46,024 bases of DNA, taken from a virus. Its lineage: Duplodnaviria > Caudoviricetes. Each line of letters begins with the position of its first letter. Within the stretch, counting starts at the first letter, position 1. Shown here in pieces: positions 1 to 9,686 of this stretch. Below the pieces are notes generated by a model that searched no databases, was not told the origin of the DNA, and saw nothing but the letters and a program-made list of their open reading frames with translations. The stretch is taken from positions 1 through 46,024 of the IMG/VR virus record IMGVR_UViG_3300032237_000164; one strand, 5' to 3'. A program made the position numbers and the translations under genes.

Positions 1-917
1 ACTCCGCCTGATTGAGTTGAAGCTGAATTATTATTTAATCCACTTGATTTGTAGGTTGAACCATTTTTATAGATTGCAACTTGTGCGCCAGTACCAAATA
101 CTGTTATTGCTCCAACTGATACATTAGAATTTATTTGATAATAACCAGCAATTAAAGGTGTAAAACGATAATTTGTTGCATTGTCAAAATAACCAGCAGT
201 ATCAAAAGCAATATTATTAGCACCAGTTTTAGTATTTAATTGAACTTTTGTGTATGTATTTGCACTAATTGTTGTAGTCGCACTTGCATAAACACTAAAC
301 GCTGGCATATTACCGCTAACCATCATTGTTCCTGTTACTGCAGGTACAGTTAAAGTGTTTCCGCCTGAAACAGGTAAAGTTGTTAAGGGTACAAGATTAG
401 TTGAACTTACTGATGCCGCAGTATTGGGAATAGCATTGAGGACCGAGCTTACATAGAAAGACTCAGTAGTAATTAAATCGCCAGCAGTAGCGCCAGTTGT
501 TAAAACTACAGTAGTGCCGTTAGTAGCCGTATAGTCGGCAGAGCCAAGCCTTACACCGTTGCGGTAGACGTTAATGTACCCAGCCGTATAAGATGCTGGT
601 GTAAAGGTAGTCTGTCCTGCAGTTGCAGTAAATTCAGTTACTGTGCGGTAAGCTGTAGTGGTTACGCCAGATGCTGGGATACCAAGGTAACGGCATGAAA
701 TATTGCCTGTGCCAGAAGGCGGGGCAGCTGAAAATGTTAAGGTTGTTCCAGAAACACTATAAGTGCTCGGGTCTTGCAATACACCAGAAATAGCTACCAA
801 TACAGATGAAGTATTAGCGGGCGCAACCGACATTGTAAAGACAGTCGTAGACCCAGTACCATTATAGGTATCTGTAACGAAGGCTTGTTGCGAAGGTTGG
901 CTTCCGATATATGGCAT
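1..917 (-). CDS. tail fibre/receptor-binding protein with C1q-like C-terminal domain (runs off window edge)
   Basis: Read by hand from ATG at 917: MPYIGSQPSQQAFVTDTYNGTG...MVSGNMPAFSVY...RFTPLIAGYYQIN; open to base 1; paralogous to 1666..2508. Confidence 0.75.
   Translation of the reverse strand, partial: MPYIGSQPSQQAFVTDTYNGTGSTTVFTMSVAPANTSSVLVAISGVLQDPSTYSVSGTTLTFSAAPPSGTGNISCRYLGIPASGVTTTAYRTVTEFTATAGQTTFTPASYTAGYINVYRNGVRLGSADYTATNGTTVVLTTGATAGDLITTESFYVSSVLNAIPNTAASVSSTNLVPLTTLPVSGGNTLTVPAVTGTMMVSGNMPAFSVYASATTTISANTYTKVQLNTKTGANNIAFDTAGYFDNATNYRFTPLIAGYYQINSNVSVGAITVFGTGAQVAIYKNGSTYKSSGLNNNSASTQSGG
294..323. repeat. 30-bp exact repeat, copy 1
   Basis: ACTAAACGCTGGCATATTACCGCTAACCAT, identical to 2056..2085. 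Confidence 0.9.
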
Positions 918-920
918 GGG

Positions 921-1505
921 TTACTCGTAAAGAATGTTGATTGAGCCAGCATCAAATGTATCTGTGCCGTTACCTGAAAGAATGCGAATCATATTTAATG
1001 TTCCAGCCAATGTTTTGCTTCCAGAACTATTTACCATGTAATTTGTTCCATAAGAAAAAATAACAGCAGAACCAACCCAAATATTTGAACCGAGTGTTGA
1101 AAATATATATTGACCATGAACAGTATTTGCGGCTAAACCAACTCCACCAGTCACATTAAAACCATCTGTTGTAAAAGAACTTGTGGCAATAGAACTGCTT
1201 GTAGAACGACTATAATTTGTTAAATATCCAGTTGTTTCAGGAGTTCCTGATACACCTAATCTAATTAATATTTCAGATGTACCGCTTAAAGAAACACCGC
1301 TAAACATTACAGTAATACGCTTTACCCAACTAGGTATACCAGTAAAGTCAATGCTTGTACCTGATGTAGAGTTTTGTGCTGTGCCGGATGTAATTACGCT
1401 ACTAGCCATAGAAGATACAACAGCGCCCGTAATTGTAGGCGAGCTTAAAGATTGGCTAGCCAATGGGCTTTGTAATCCTGTCGAGTCTATAGTGCTAATA
1501 GCCAT
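921..1505 (-). CDS. tail fibre-associated protein
   Basis: S/T/G-rich; SGTSIDFTGIPSWVKRIT and FDAGSINILYE motifs typical of phage tail modules. Confidence 0.65.
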   Translation of the reverse strand: MAISTIDSTGLQSPLASQSLSSPTITGAVVSSMASSVITSGTAQNSTSGTSIDFTGIPSWVKRITVMFSGVSLSGTSEILIRLGVSGTPETTGYLTNYSRSTSSSIATSSFTTDGFNVTGGVGLAANTVHGQYIFSTLGSNIWVGSAVIFSYGTNYMVNSSGSKTLAGTLNMIRILSGNGTDTFDAGSINILYE

Positions 1506-1666
1506 TATTTAATCTCGTCTTCTGAAGGGCGTGGTAGTGTAGGGTGTTCCCAAGAAGCTATATAGTCACCACGACCATCGCTGTCATTCTGTAAACGAAT
1601 TACAGTTAAAAAGTCCTGTTCTGTAAGGCTAGGATATAGAGCCATTATTTTGTCGTATAAAGTCAT
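1505..1666 (-). CDS. XkdW/YorD-like small tail chaperone
   Basis: MTLYDKIMALYP...LQNDSDGRGDYIASWEHPTLPRP; sits between fibre genes; start placed at 1666. Confidence 0.65.
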   Translation of the reverse strand: MTLYDKIMALYPSLTEQDFLTVIRLQNDSDGRGDYIASWEHPTLPRPSEDEIK

Positions 1667-2508
1667 TATGCAGTCCTTAACATACAACCATTAAAATAAG
1701 TTTGCACTTGTGAAGCTGCTGTAGCTTGTCCACTAGCGTAAAAACCCCAAATTTCTACATAATCAGTAGAACCATTTAAATAAACAATTCCAGAAACAGT
1801 CGCCACATAAACTGAACCGCCTGCACCACTATCATTACCATATTGCAAAGTAGTTCCATTTTTTTGAATGGTATCAATAACTCGAGTTCCTGAAGCACCT
1901 ACACCTAAAGCACCATTAATTTGATAATATCCAGCTATAGTTGGGGTAAATCTTGATGAAGCATACATACCGCTGCTTGCATCAAAATTTGATGATGTAA
2001 AAGTTAATTTTGTAAAAGTTGCCGAAGAAAGAGTTTGTGCAACACTTTGATAATAACTAAACGCTGGCATATTACCGCTAACCATTACTGTGCCAGTAGC
2101 GGCAGGTAGCGTAGCTGTGTTTGTTCCTGCTACGGCAGGGGCAGCTAATGTAATTGAACCCGATGTAGCTCCTGCAATTGCTGGCGTTGTTAATGTCACA
2201 CTACTTTGAATTGCCGCTGTTCCAACTGTTCCTGCACTTGGCGCTATTGTATTAGTCTGTAAGCTTGTGTACTCAACCCAGATATTGTTTGTGCCTGTTG
2301 GGGGAGCAGAAGTAAAGGTTAAAGTAGTGCCTGATACAGAATATGCAGAAGACGGGTTCTGGCCTACGTTAGCAACAAAAACTAAAATCTGAGCAGCACT
2401 AACAACGCCGACTGGCAAAGTAAAGGCAGTAGTAGACCCATTCCCAGAGAAATAAGCTATCTGAGGTGCGTACTGCTGAACCGTTAAATTATTGCCAAGA
2501 TATGCCAT
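1666..2508 (-). CDS. tail fibre protein with C1q-like C-terminal domain
   Basis: PAFS...RFTPTIAGYYQIN...YLNGSTDYVEIW...YFNG beta-sandwich signature. Confidence 0.7.
   Translation of the reverse strand: MAYLGNNLTVQQYAPQIAYFSGNGSTTAFTLPVGVVSAAQILVFVANVGQNPSSAYSVSGTTLTFTSAPPTGTNNIWVEYTSLQTNTIAPSAGTVGTAAIQSSVTLTTPAIAGATSGSITLAAPAVAGTNTATLPAATGTVMVSGNMPAFSYYQSVAQTLSSATFTKLTFTSSNFDASSGMYASSRFTPTIAGYYQINGALGVGASGTRVIDTIQKNGTTLQYGNDSGAGGSVYVATVSGIVYLNGSTDYVEIWGFYASGQATAASQVQTYFNGCMLRTA
2056..2085. repeat. 30-bp exact repeat, copy 2
   Basis: identical to 294..323; encodes MVSGNMPAFS. Confidence 0.9.
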
Positions 2509-2509
2509 A

Positions 2510-2836
2510 TTACACCGCTGTTAGGGCAGAAATGATGACATCGGCTGAAGTAGCAGCGCTTGATACGACTGATAAAGTATCGGATGCAATCATAACTACA
2601 CGATTTCCTTGAATAACTTCTAATGAGCCGCCAACCGGTATTGTAGCTGTTTTTACCAAATAATAAGTAGAAGAAGACCGTGTGATATATACATCAGCAG
2701 TAATTGGCGAAGTAGTAGTATTAGCAACAATTAAACTAGAAATAGCAACTGTGCCTGACGCAATTGATGAAATTACGACTACTGGGGAAGTCCCCACGTT
2801 TCTTGACGCATATGAAGTATTTGAATAAGTTGCCAT
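2510..2836 (-). CDS. virion structural protein
   Basis: 108 aa, S/T/V-rich, tightly packed in tail module. Confidence 0.6.
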   Translation of the reverse strand: MATYSNTSYASRNVGTSPVVVISSIASGTVAISSLIVANTTTSPITADVYITRSSSTYYLVKTATIPVGGSLEVIQGNRVVMIASDTLSVVSSAATSADVIISALTAV

Positions 2837-2837
2837 G

Positions 2838-4607
2838 TTAGCCCATCATAAAAGATAAAAAGTACGCTTGGTCTGCAGTTGTTGCAGAAGAGGTTGCCCA
2901 AGAAGGTATACCACCAGCGACAGTTAAAACTTGTCCAGTAGAGCCAATGCCTAATCTTGCAGCAGTTCCAGCAGACGCTTCATAGATTATATCGCCCGTT
3001 GTGGTCATTGGATTTAAGTTATTAAATGCAGAAGCTGCAGTAGTTCCAGCAGTGCCACCAGAAGCAATCGGCAATGTTCCAGTAGTTAAGGCGCTTGTAG
3101 AAGTAGCATAAACAGCACCGTTGGATGTAAATGAAGTTAAGCCTGTACCGCCATTAGTTGTGGCTAAAGTACCCGCAAGAGTAACTGCACCGGTTGTAGC
3201 TGACGAAGGAGTAAATCCTGTAGTACCAGCGCTAAATGAAGTAACCGCCGCTGTTGATGGTATTGCACCCCAAGAAGGAGCAGAGCCTGTTGTAGCCACT
3301 AAAACTTGACCTGTAGTACCGGCCGCTGTTATTCCAGCTGCAGATGTTCCGTTACCATAAACAACACCATTTAATGTTAATGTTGTAGCCCCAGTACCAC
3401 CAGCTGCAACAGGTAGAGTACCGGCAGCTAAAGCAGAAGAAGACGTGGAATAAAGGGCATTGTTAGCACCAGCAAATGTGGTTAAACCCGTGCCGCCATA
3501 ACCAGAAGCAATTGTGTTGCCTTGGTAAGTAGCGTTAGTAATTGTGGCAGTACCAAAGTTAGCAGTAGACGTACTAAAGTCATACGATGCTGGAATATAG
3601 CTGTAAGCAACCCAAGTGCCAGCAGAAGTGCCGTTATTAGTTAAAACTAAAATAGATGTACCGCCAGTAACAATAGTGTCAATCGTAGTAGACGCACTAT
3701 CTTTAATTGTTACGTTGCCAGTTGACGCATTAGCAACAGTAAATGCCAAGCCTTTATACAACGTTGTAGCAACGGGCAACTGAATTGTTTGAGTTGTTGT
3801 TCCTACTACGTTTTGGTATCCTGAAGAAGCGTTAGTTAATACTGTAGTTCCAGCCGCTGCAGTAATAGCATTAAACCCTAAATATACGTTATTTGCATAT
3901 AAAGTACCAATGCCGGGGTCAGGTTGACCTCCCAATGAAATACCACCAGAGTTATATATGGTCATTGCATCGGTGTTATTGCTATTGGTTACAAAGTGAA
4001 CGTTGTACGCCCCATAAGTACCGATGGTTAAATCTGTTGATGCAGAAGCTAAATATGATGCGCCAGCAATATTAAATGACCCAGTACCTGAGTATGTGCT
4101 TGAATTAATACCAAGCTCAGCATAACCTGTAGTAGCTGTAGCAGCATCGTTTGATACGTTAAAGTTTGAAGAAGCGCTACTAGAATTGCTTTTGTTTTGA
4201 ACAATTACTTGGTTATATCCAGCTACAGTAGAAGCAAAGGAACCAACAATACCTGTATCAGAATATCCAAGTGTAGAACCAATTGTTGCTACGCCATTAG
4301 CATCATAATTAATTGACTTAGTAGCAGGATAGGTAACAAATACGCTAACTGTGCCGCTAAATGTAACTGCAGAGCCTGAATTTGAAGAAGCTAATATTGT
4401 TGTACGAGTTAATGTTCCGCCCGTAGCATATGTGCCAATACCCGATTCCCAGTTGCCAGCTGTATCTGTAGCGCCGTAATATGTAGTGTTACCATTGCCA
4501 ATAACCGAAAACGACTGATACCCTGTAACACTTCCGCTTAATGTAAAACTTACGGTTGTGTTAGCAGTACCAGTCTGTTGAACTCGGTCATACAGCACTA
4601 GAGCCAT
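2838..4607 (-). CDS. long tail fibre protein
   Basis: 589 aa, T/S/G/A-rich with repeated GTLPxxxGGTG units; GGAG RBS. Confidence 0.75.
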   Translation of the reverse strand: MALVLYDRVQQTGTANTTVSFTLSGSVTGYQSFSVIGNGNTTYYGATDTAGNWESGIGTYATGGTLTRTTILASSNSGSAVTFSGTVSVFVTYPATKSINYDANGVATIGSTLGYSDTGIVGSFASTVAGYNQVIVQNKSNSSSASSNFNVSNDAATATTGYAELGINSSTYSGTGSFNIAGASYLASASTDLTIGTYGAYNVHFVTNSNNTDAMTIYNSGGISLGGQPDPGIGTLYANNVYLGFNAITAAAGTTVLTNASSGYQNVVGTTTQTIQLPVATTLYKGLAFTVANASTGNVTIKDSASTTIDTIVTGGTSILVLTNNGTSAGTWVAYSYIPASYDFSTSTANFGTATITNATYQGNTIASGYGGTGLTTFAGANNALYSTSSSALAAGTLPVAAGGTGATTLTLNGVVYGNGTSAAGITAAGTTGQVLVATTGSAPSWGAIPSTAAVTSFSAGTTGFTPSSATTGAVTLAGTLATTNGGTGLTSFTSNGAVYATSTSALTTGTLPIASGGTAGTTAASAFNNLNPMTTTGDIIYEASAGTAARLGIGSTGQVLTVAGGIPSWATSSATTADQAYFLSFMMG

Positions 4608-4617
4608 TTAGGACTCC

Positions 4618-5229
4618 TTAGCTAGTAGCAGTTGTGCTGTAGGTAACGCTTACTGTATCGCCAGCAGTTGTAACCTTAGCTGTAGTAAAGTTACCTTCAG
4701 AATACAATGTACCTGCAGTAGAGCTTTGTGTACTAACAGCGCCAGAACCTGTAACTAAAAAGCAACCATATACAGTACCGCCCGCACCAGTAATGGTATA
4801 AGTAATTGCAGTAGCTGAAGAAGTAGTTACGTTAGAAGGTGTAGTTCCAGACGAAGTAGCCGCAGCAAATACAGCTGTACCACGAACTGCGGAACCACCA
4901 ACTGTGTAGTTAGTAAACTCAGCAGCGTTAGTAGTCACCAAAGTAGTCATGGTATCAGTAGCAGCTGGGGTCAAGCTAACCTTTGTAAGACCTAAGAATG
5001 GCCCAACAGTAGTATATGTGCCTGAAGTACGCAGTAAGGTATTTAGTAAAAGCTCTTTACCGCCTTGCACTACTAAGTTAGGGAACTCTTCAGTCCACTT
5101 TAAATTGCCTTCTTTATCACGACATTCAACGTGGTAAAAGCCTTCAACACCCATGCCTTCAGGGATGCTTGCGTTTGCTTGTAATGTAGCCACAGCGTAA
5201 TCGCCACAGCTTCCGGTTTCTTTATGCAT
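4618..5229 (-). CDS. virion structural (tail) protein
   Basis: 203 aa, Thr-rich, RBS, tail module context. Confidence 0.6.
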   Translation of the reverse strand: MHKETGSCGDYAVATLQANASIPEGMGVEGFYHVECRDKEGNLKWTEEFPNLVVQGGKELLLNTLLRTSGTYTTVGPFLGLTKVSLTPAATDTMTTLVTTNAAEFTNYTVGGSAVRGTAVFAAATSSGTTPSNVTTSSATAITYTITGAGGTVYGCFLVTGSGAVSTQSSTAGTLYSEGNFTTAKVTTAGDTVSVTYSTTATS

Positions 5230-5237
5230 AATTGCTC

Positions 5238-5666
5238 CTAACTAAATCTAATAACGGCATCTGATGCGGTATCTGCCGGAAAGGTTATTGTAAATGTGTT
5301 TGCTGCGGTTTTATTTGATCCAAAATTTAATACGCATACTGATGCGTTTGTAGTGCTATTGTATATTAAAGCCCCGCTACAAGTAAAAGAAGCAGGATTC
5401 CAAGTTACATTAGCAAATGAAACATAAACAGTATTTGACGTAACGTTTGCTGCAGGGGGTATAACTGTTAAAACTTTGCCGCCCGGTGTATATCCAGTAC
5501 CCGTAATCTCACCGTCTACGGTATAAGCAGTAGTGTAATTAGATAGGTTAGCTGTCGAGCTATATAAAGCAATTTTGTAAGTATAGGGTGTACCTACGGC
5601 AAAATTTTCTAAACCGGATAAACAGTTTTGCTTAAAAGTGGTAGTTAAACCTTGAGATAAAGCCAT
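5238..5666 (-). CDS. virion structural (tail) protein
   Basis: YKIALY...GYTPGG...GALIYN...VLNFG pattern seen in phage tail proteins. Confidence 0.6.
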   Translation of the reverse strand: MALSQGLTTTFKQNCLSGLENFAVGTPYTYKIALYSSTANLSNYTTAYTVDGEITGTGYTPGGKVLTVIPPAANVTSNTVYVSFANVTWNPASFTCSGALIYNSTTNASVCVLNFGSNKTAANTFTITFPADTASDAVIRFS

Positions 5667-6613
5667 TAAGCGCCCGTCCTACTAAGATTTAATTTTGTTT
5701 GGCCATCTCTGTAGAAATCACCACGTTCCAGACCGTCACCAAGGCGTTTAAGTTGAGCTAATGCTTCTTGATATTTAGCTTCGTAGTATCCAATTAAATC
5801 TTGTTCGCCTTTCATAAAGAGCATAGCTTCACGCATAGCACCATAGAAAAGGGCTGGGTCATAGTTATCGCCTAGCCAACTTGTGCCAGAGGAATTTGAT
5901 ACAGAAGCTACAGTAATAGAAAATCCACTACCAGTAGAACCAAGCGATGAGCAAGAAAGAATATCGCCCACAACGTAAAAGTTACCACCAAAACGTAAAG
6001 TACAGGATGTAACAACACCACCGGAAATAACAATATCAGCAGTTGCATTAGCACCAGAACCTCCAGTTAAAGCCACATTTTGGTATACCCCATTGGTATA
6101 TAGCGATCCAGCGATTAAAGTACCTAATGTAGCAATTTGACCTTGCACAATAGTTGGTGGGTAATAATAGTAATGCATCTCAACCGTGTAGTTATCGTCT
6201 GGTGTAGGGGCAACCATCAATGTCATTTCATTAACATTTGATAACTGAGAACCAAACAACGCATAGTAGGCTGGAACGCCGCCGGGAGTGCCTTGGTAGG
6301 TGGGGCTAGTATAAACAACTTTTGGGTATGCTTCTCGCAAAAAGTTAACGTCTTTATTTAAAAGATATTGATAGTTGTTGTTTGAATCAATTACTGCCAA
6401 CGAATAGTTAGCCAGCCAATCGTTAGGTAAAGACAAATATTGATTGCCAGAAGTTAAAGTACCGGTAACGTTTTTACGTAATGATGGTAAATTTACGGAG
6501 TTATATATACGGTCTTCAGCTTCCTGTACAAACACAGGAATATTTGCCACAAACAACTGTTCGGTGTTTTCAGCGTAAGACTGGATTGAGTTATATAACG
6601 TTTCGTAATTCAT
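5666..6613 (-). CDS. putative head-tail adaptor/tail tubular protein with inserted domain
   Basis: 315 aa; FVQEAEDRIYN...PTPD...WLGDNYDPALFYG; position in virion module. Confidence 0.55.
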   Translation of the reverse strand: MNYETLYNSIQSYAENTEQLFVANIPVFVQEAEDRIYNSVNLPSLRKNVTGTLTSGNQYLSLPNDWLANYSLAVIDSNNNYQYLLNKDVNFLREAYPKVVYTSPTYQGTPGGVPAYYALFGSQLSNVNEMTLMVAPTPDDNYTVEMHYYYYPPTIVQGQIATLGTLIAGSLYTNGVYQNVALTGGSGANATADIVISGGVVTSCTLRFGGNFYVVGDILSCSSLGSTGSGFSITVASVSNSSGTSWLGDNYDPALFYGAMREAMLFMKGEQDLIGYYEAKYQEALAQLKRLGDGLERGDFYRDGQTKLNLSRTGA

Positions 6614-6780
6614 TATTCAACTTTTGGTTCTTCTTTAGGAATTTGAGATTCAGCCTGAGCACGGACTTTCATTAACAATGCAAAAGCACCAGTCTTGGTA
6701 GGAAGTTCACCTAAACCAGCCAAAATGCCTTCTACTTCGTTTAGAGTTACTTCAAGTTTAATTACTTGCTGTGCATCCAT
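6613..6780 (-). CDS. small hypothetical protein (55 aa)
   Basis: Read by hand: MDAQQVIKLEVTLNEVEGILAGLGELPTK...; fills the gap with overlapping stop/start codons. Confidence 0.7.
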   Translation of the reverse strand: MDAQQVIKLEVTLNEVEGILAGLGELPTKTGAFALLMKVRAQAESQIPKEEPKVE

Positions 6781-7118
6781 TAGGCCATCGGTCCTCTTGT
6801 TTTAATACCTTTGATAGCAGCGCCGTATCCACGCATAGTAAGTTCACCGTTTTTGTTTTCTTTAGGGTAGTTACGTTTGGCAGCACCGGCAACAGAGATA
6901 TTTAATTCATCCATACCATTACCTGGTTTTTGAATAACATCTTCTTTAGCGCTAGTTGTATTTGGTTGCGGCTGTTTGTAAACGCCAATATCATTACCGC
7001 CACCTGTAGGATAATTAAACCCAGTATAAAAGTCAGCTGATTTATTATCACGGTTAGCACCAGTATGAATAGCGGGGCTATTTTTTGTAGTTGGTTTTGG
7101 AAAATCGTTTTTAGCCAT
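6780..7118 (-). CDS. basic hypothetical virion protein
   Basis: ends MRGYGAAIKGIKTRGPMA; GGAG RBS. Confidence 0.65.
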   Translation of the reverse strand: MAKNDFPKPTTKNSPAIHTGANRDNKSADFYTGFNYPTGGGNDIGVYKQPQPNTTSAKEDVIQKPGNGMDELNISVAGAAKRNYPKENKNGELTMRGYGAAIKGIKTRGPMA

Positions 7119-7120
7119 GA

Positions 7121-7306
7121 TTACTCCTGATTTTGGGCACGAGCCAAGTTACGACCTACTTTTTTCATAGCTTCTGAAGTTACTGTAGAAGCACCTTTTT
7201 TACCTTTACCGCCTTCGATACCGATTGTTGGACCGGAATCGCCTAAGTTTTTGCCTTTAGTTTTACCTTGTTTAGTAATTCCATCGGCTGCTGATCTGTA
7301 TCCCAT
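7121..7306 (-). CDS. small basic protein
   Basis: ADGITKQGKTKGKNLG motif; AGGAG RBS. Confidence 0.65.
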   Translation of the reverse strand: MGYRSAADGITKQGKTKGKNLGDSGPTIGIEGGKGKKGASTVTSEAMKKVGRNLARAQNQE

Positions 7307-7315
7307 AATAAACTC

Positions 7316-7744
7316 CTAAGTTGTGGATATTGTTACTGTACCTGTTTGTCCTACTGCAATCAAGTAATTTGGCGTCAAAACCGTATCAAAACTACTTGCA
7401 CCACCAACAGGGTTCCAGCCCCATTGAAACTGTCTACTACCCATATCCGGCGTACCAAACCCAGATTGTGTAGTGCCGCCATTTACGTTTGTCTGAATTC
7501 CATTATTACCAGACTGCAAATAACTTACATCAGGTCTTGGTTCCCGTACAGCTTGTGGGTCATTAACAGGATATAGCCCCAATGATAACTGAGGTTGATC
7601 CGGATCCCAACAAGACGGGCAAACTTTAATCTGATAAAGCTTAGTCTTAATTATTTCCTTCTTTAATTCCTTAAGCATATACCGCTGCGCACATCTATCG
7701 CATTCGGCAATCGCCCATTTACCTGAAGCATATTTTGATGGCAT
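7316..7744 (-). CDS. Zn-ribbon-containing phage protein
   Basis: CDRC...CPSCWDPDQPQ. Confidence 0.65.
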   Translation of the reverse strand: MPSKYASGKWAIAECDRCAQRYMLKELKKEIIKTKLYQIKVCPSCWDPDQPQLSLGLYPVNDPQAVREPRPDVSYLQSGNNGIQTNVNGGTTQSGFGTPDMGSRQFQWGWNPVGGASSFDTVLTPNYLIAVGQTGTVTISTT

Positions 7745-7752
7745 TTAATGGC

Positions 7753-8709
7753 TCAGTAAAATAAAACTCTAGGTACAAATCTAATAGCTGCTTTTTCCCT
7801 ATCTTCATCTGCAGCCAACTGATACTGCTGTTCATATTCAGCTTTAAGGGCAGCAATACGCATAGGGTCTACACCTTGCAGCTTCATACTCAAATTATAA
7901 GCTAATCCAGCTACCGTAGCAGTGACTAAACGAAATGGGATATCTTGAATATTTACGCCATTTCCAGCATCTTGTAGACGACGCAAGCGATAGTACATAA
8001 ACGTATACTGATTACCAGGAGCATTAGGGGTAGGCCAGACGTTAATGCATGGCAAGTTGTTTGTAAATACCGAATCCCCAGCGCTATGCGGTGCTGCTAC
8101 TGTGCCGTTCTGAGCACGCCAAGCGTTCAGAATCTGATTTCCAACAATGTTTTGATACCCAATAGTTTCTGTAACGCCAAGAGTAGTAATGTTAATAAAC
8201 CCTTGTGTAGGCAGTCTAGAAGCGTCTGTAAGGGTTATAGTTGTGTCGGTAGCAGATATGGGGTACCCAACAGCCAAAGTGGTTGCGGCTACATCAGACG
8301 TGTTGCCAGACTGGCGGTTTACATAGACTTGAATAGGGCGACCATTAGCGTTCTTATTAGGGATTGTGATGTATGTAGACTCTGAAATCCGAGTAATATT
8401 AATGTCAATCTGGTTGTTGCCCTGACCATTATTTGTACGTACAACGGTATCTAACAGGTCAATAGTATCCACAGGAATAGGGTAAATAGCCTGTCCTGTA
8501 TTCATCAAAATCTGGCCCTGTTCTACAGTCCACAGGTTAATACCCCGGTTTGCCCACTCAATAGTAAGCAGGTTGAGACTTCGCCGCGCTGTACGCAGGT
8601 CATATCCAGTACGCAGTTCTTTCCCACAACGTTCAAATGCCTCTTCTACGAGGTCATTAAGGTTTAGATTAAATGCGCTTAATCCGGAAGTGGTGGGTGT
8701 AGTTGCCAT
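7753..8709 (-). CDS. putative head completion/tail connector protein
   Basis: EEAFERCG...ARRSLNLLTIEWANRGINLW...EDREKA; virion module. Confidence 0.55.
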   Translation of the reverse strand: MATTPTTSGLSAFNLNLNDLVEEAFERCGKELRTGYDLRTARRSLNLLTIEWANRGINLWTVEQGQILMNTGQAIYPIPVDTIDLLDTVVRTNNGQGNNQIDINITRISESTYITIPNKNANGRPIQVYVNRQSGNTSDVAATTLAVGYPISATDTTITLTDASRLPTQGFINITTLGVTETIGYQNIVGNQILNAWRAQNGTVAAPHSAGDSVFTNNLPCINVWPTPNAPGNQYTFMYYRLRRLQDAGNGVNIQDIPFRLVTATVAGLAYNLSMKLQGVDPMRIAALKAEYEQQYQLAADEDREKAAIRFVPRVLFY

Positions 8710-8879
8710 TACTTAGTTTTCTTTGCAATTTTTTTAAGAACTGGCTTCTTTATTGTTGGTTTACGTTTTGGCTTTGGAGCTTGTTCAGTTGGGAAAGGCC
8801 ATGCTTCTACTTTAGGTGCCTTATCTTCAAACAAAGCTAACAGCCGCTTTAACAAATCTATAATATATTCTTTAATCAT
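8709..8879 (-). CDS. small Lys/Pro-rich protein (56 aa)
   Basis: Read by hand: MIKEYIIDLLKRLL...AWPFPTEQAPKPKRKP... Confidence 0.6.
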   Translation of the reverse strand: MIKEYIIDLLKRLLALFEDKAPKVEAWPFPTEQAPKPKRKPTIKKPVLKKIAKKTK

Positions 8880-9009
8880 TTTGTTCCCACACTATTCCAA
8901 GTCTTACAATTAATAGGTCAATAACAAAAAAGTTTTCGTCGCCTTCATCTACTATTTCAAATCCAAGCGACACTCCTTTAATAAAGTGTAACCAGATAGC
9001 CCAGTTCAC
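8872..9009 (-). CDS. small hypothetical protein (45 aa)
   Basis: GTG start overlapping upstream stop; MNWAIWLHFIKGVSLGFE... Confidence 0.55.
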   Translation of the reverse strand: MNWAIWLHFIKGVSLGFEIVDEGDENFFVIDLLIVRLGIVWEQND

Positions 9010-9182
9010 TTTTTTAGCCCTTTAAGGGTTTCCGCCAGCCTAGCCCGCTTACCGATCTTGCCCGGTTTTTTTGCAGCTGCAGCTAATTTGGCCGCCGGAA
9101 TAGGTTTACCTGCTTTAGCGCCTAATTCTTTGCGTAAGGCACCAGGTTTTTTAATTGCTTTTTGAATCCATTTTTCAGCCAT
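9006..9182 (-). CDS. small highly basic protein (58 aa)
   Basis: Read by hand: MAEKWIQKAIKKPGALRKELG...RARLAETLKGLKK. Confidence 0.7.
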   Translation of the reverse strand: MAEKWIQKAIKKPGALRKELGAKAGKPIPAAKLAAAAKKPGKIGKRARLAETLKGLKK

Positions 9183-9439
9183 TATTTTTTCCTTGCAGCT
9201 CTCATGTTATCTACTAAATTTGGATATGGCCTACCAGCTTTTTTAGCCATAGCTTTTGCAGCTGATTTTTTAACTGGGGACAATTTCTTTGGTTTACCTA
9301 AACCTTTTGGGCGTGGTTTGTCCCAAACTTCTCCGCCTTCTTTGTATTGAGTAAAGTCAGTATTATCCCGGCGTTTTTTAACTACCGGTTTACCCATTTT
9401 AGAGGGGGCAATATCGCCCATACCACGACTAGGTCTCAT
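9182..9439 (-). CDS. small basic protein
   Basis: KKAGRPYPNLVDNMRAA; K-rich. Confidence 0.7.
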   Translation of the reverse strand: MRPSRGMGDIAPSKMGKPVVKKRRDNTDFTQYKEGGEVWDKPRPKGLGKPKKLSPVKKSAAKAMAKKAGRPYPNLVDNMRAARKK

Positions 9440-9684
9440 AGCATTTTGCCTTTAGTCTTACCTTTAACACAGCAGCCATCAGCACGTTTAGAAGCGGAAC
9501 CAACCTTGCCGCCTTTAGCGTACTTGTCACCCATAGGGTTGGTAGTTTCGCCAGTATCCGGTTTAGTTTCTTTTGGCTTAACTGCATTAATAGGCGCCAT
9601 AACCGCTTTTTTAACTAAAGCACGAGTCTCTTCGTTTTCTTTGCGATCATCTTCGTACGTTTGGTCGTACCCGTTCTTAGCCAT
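9436..9684 (-). CDS. small basic protein
   Basis: start placed at MAKNG; ends YAKGG...RADGCCVKGKTKGKML. Confidence 0.65.
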   Translation of the reverse strand: MAKNGYDQTYEDDRKENEETRALVKKAVMAPINAVKPKETKPDTGETTNPMGDKYAKGGKVGSASKRADGCCVKGKTKGKML

Positions 9685-9686
9685 TA

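Noticed and set aside
1-4607. Diversity-generating retroelement acting on tail fibres
   Set aside because: No reverse transcriptase and no ~100-bp repeat pair differing at adenines was seen
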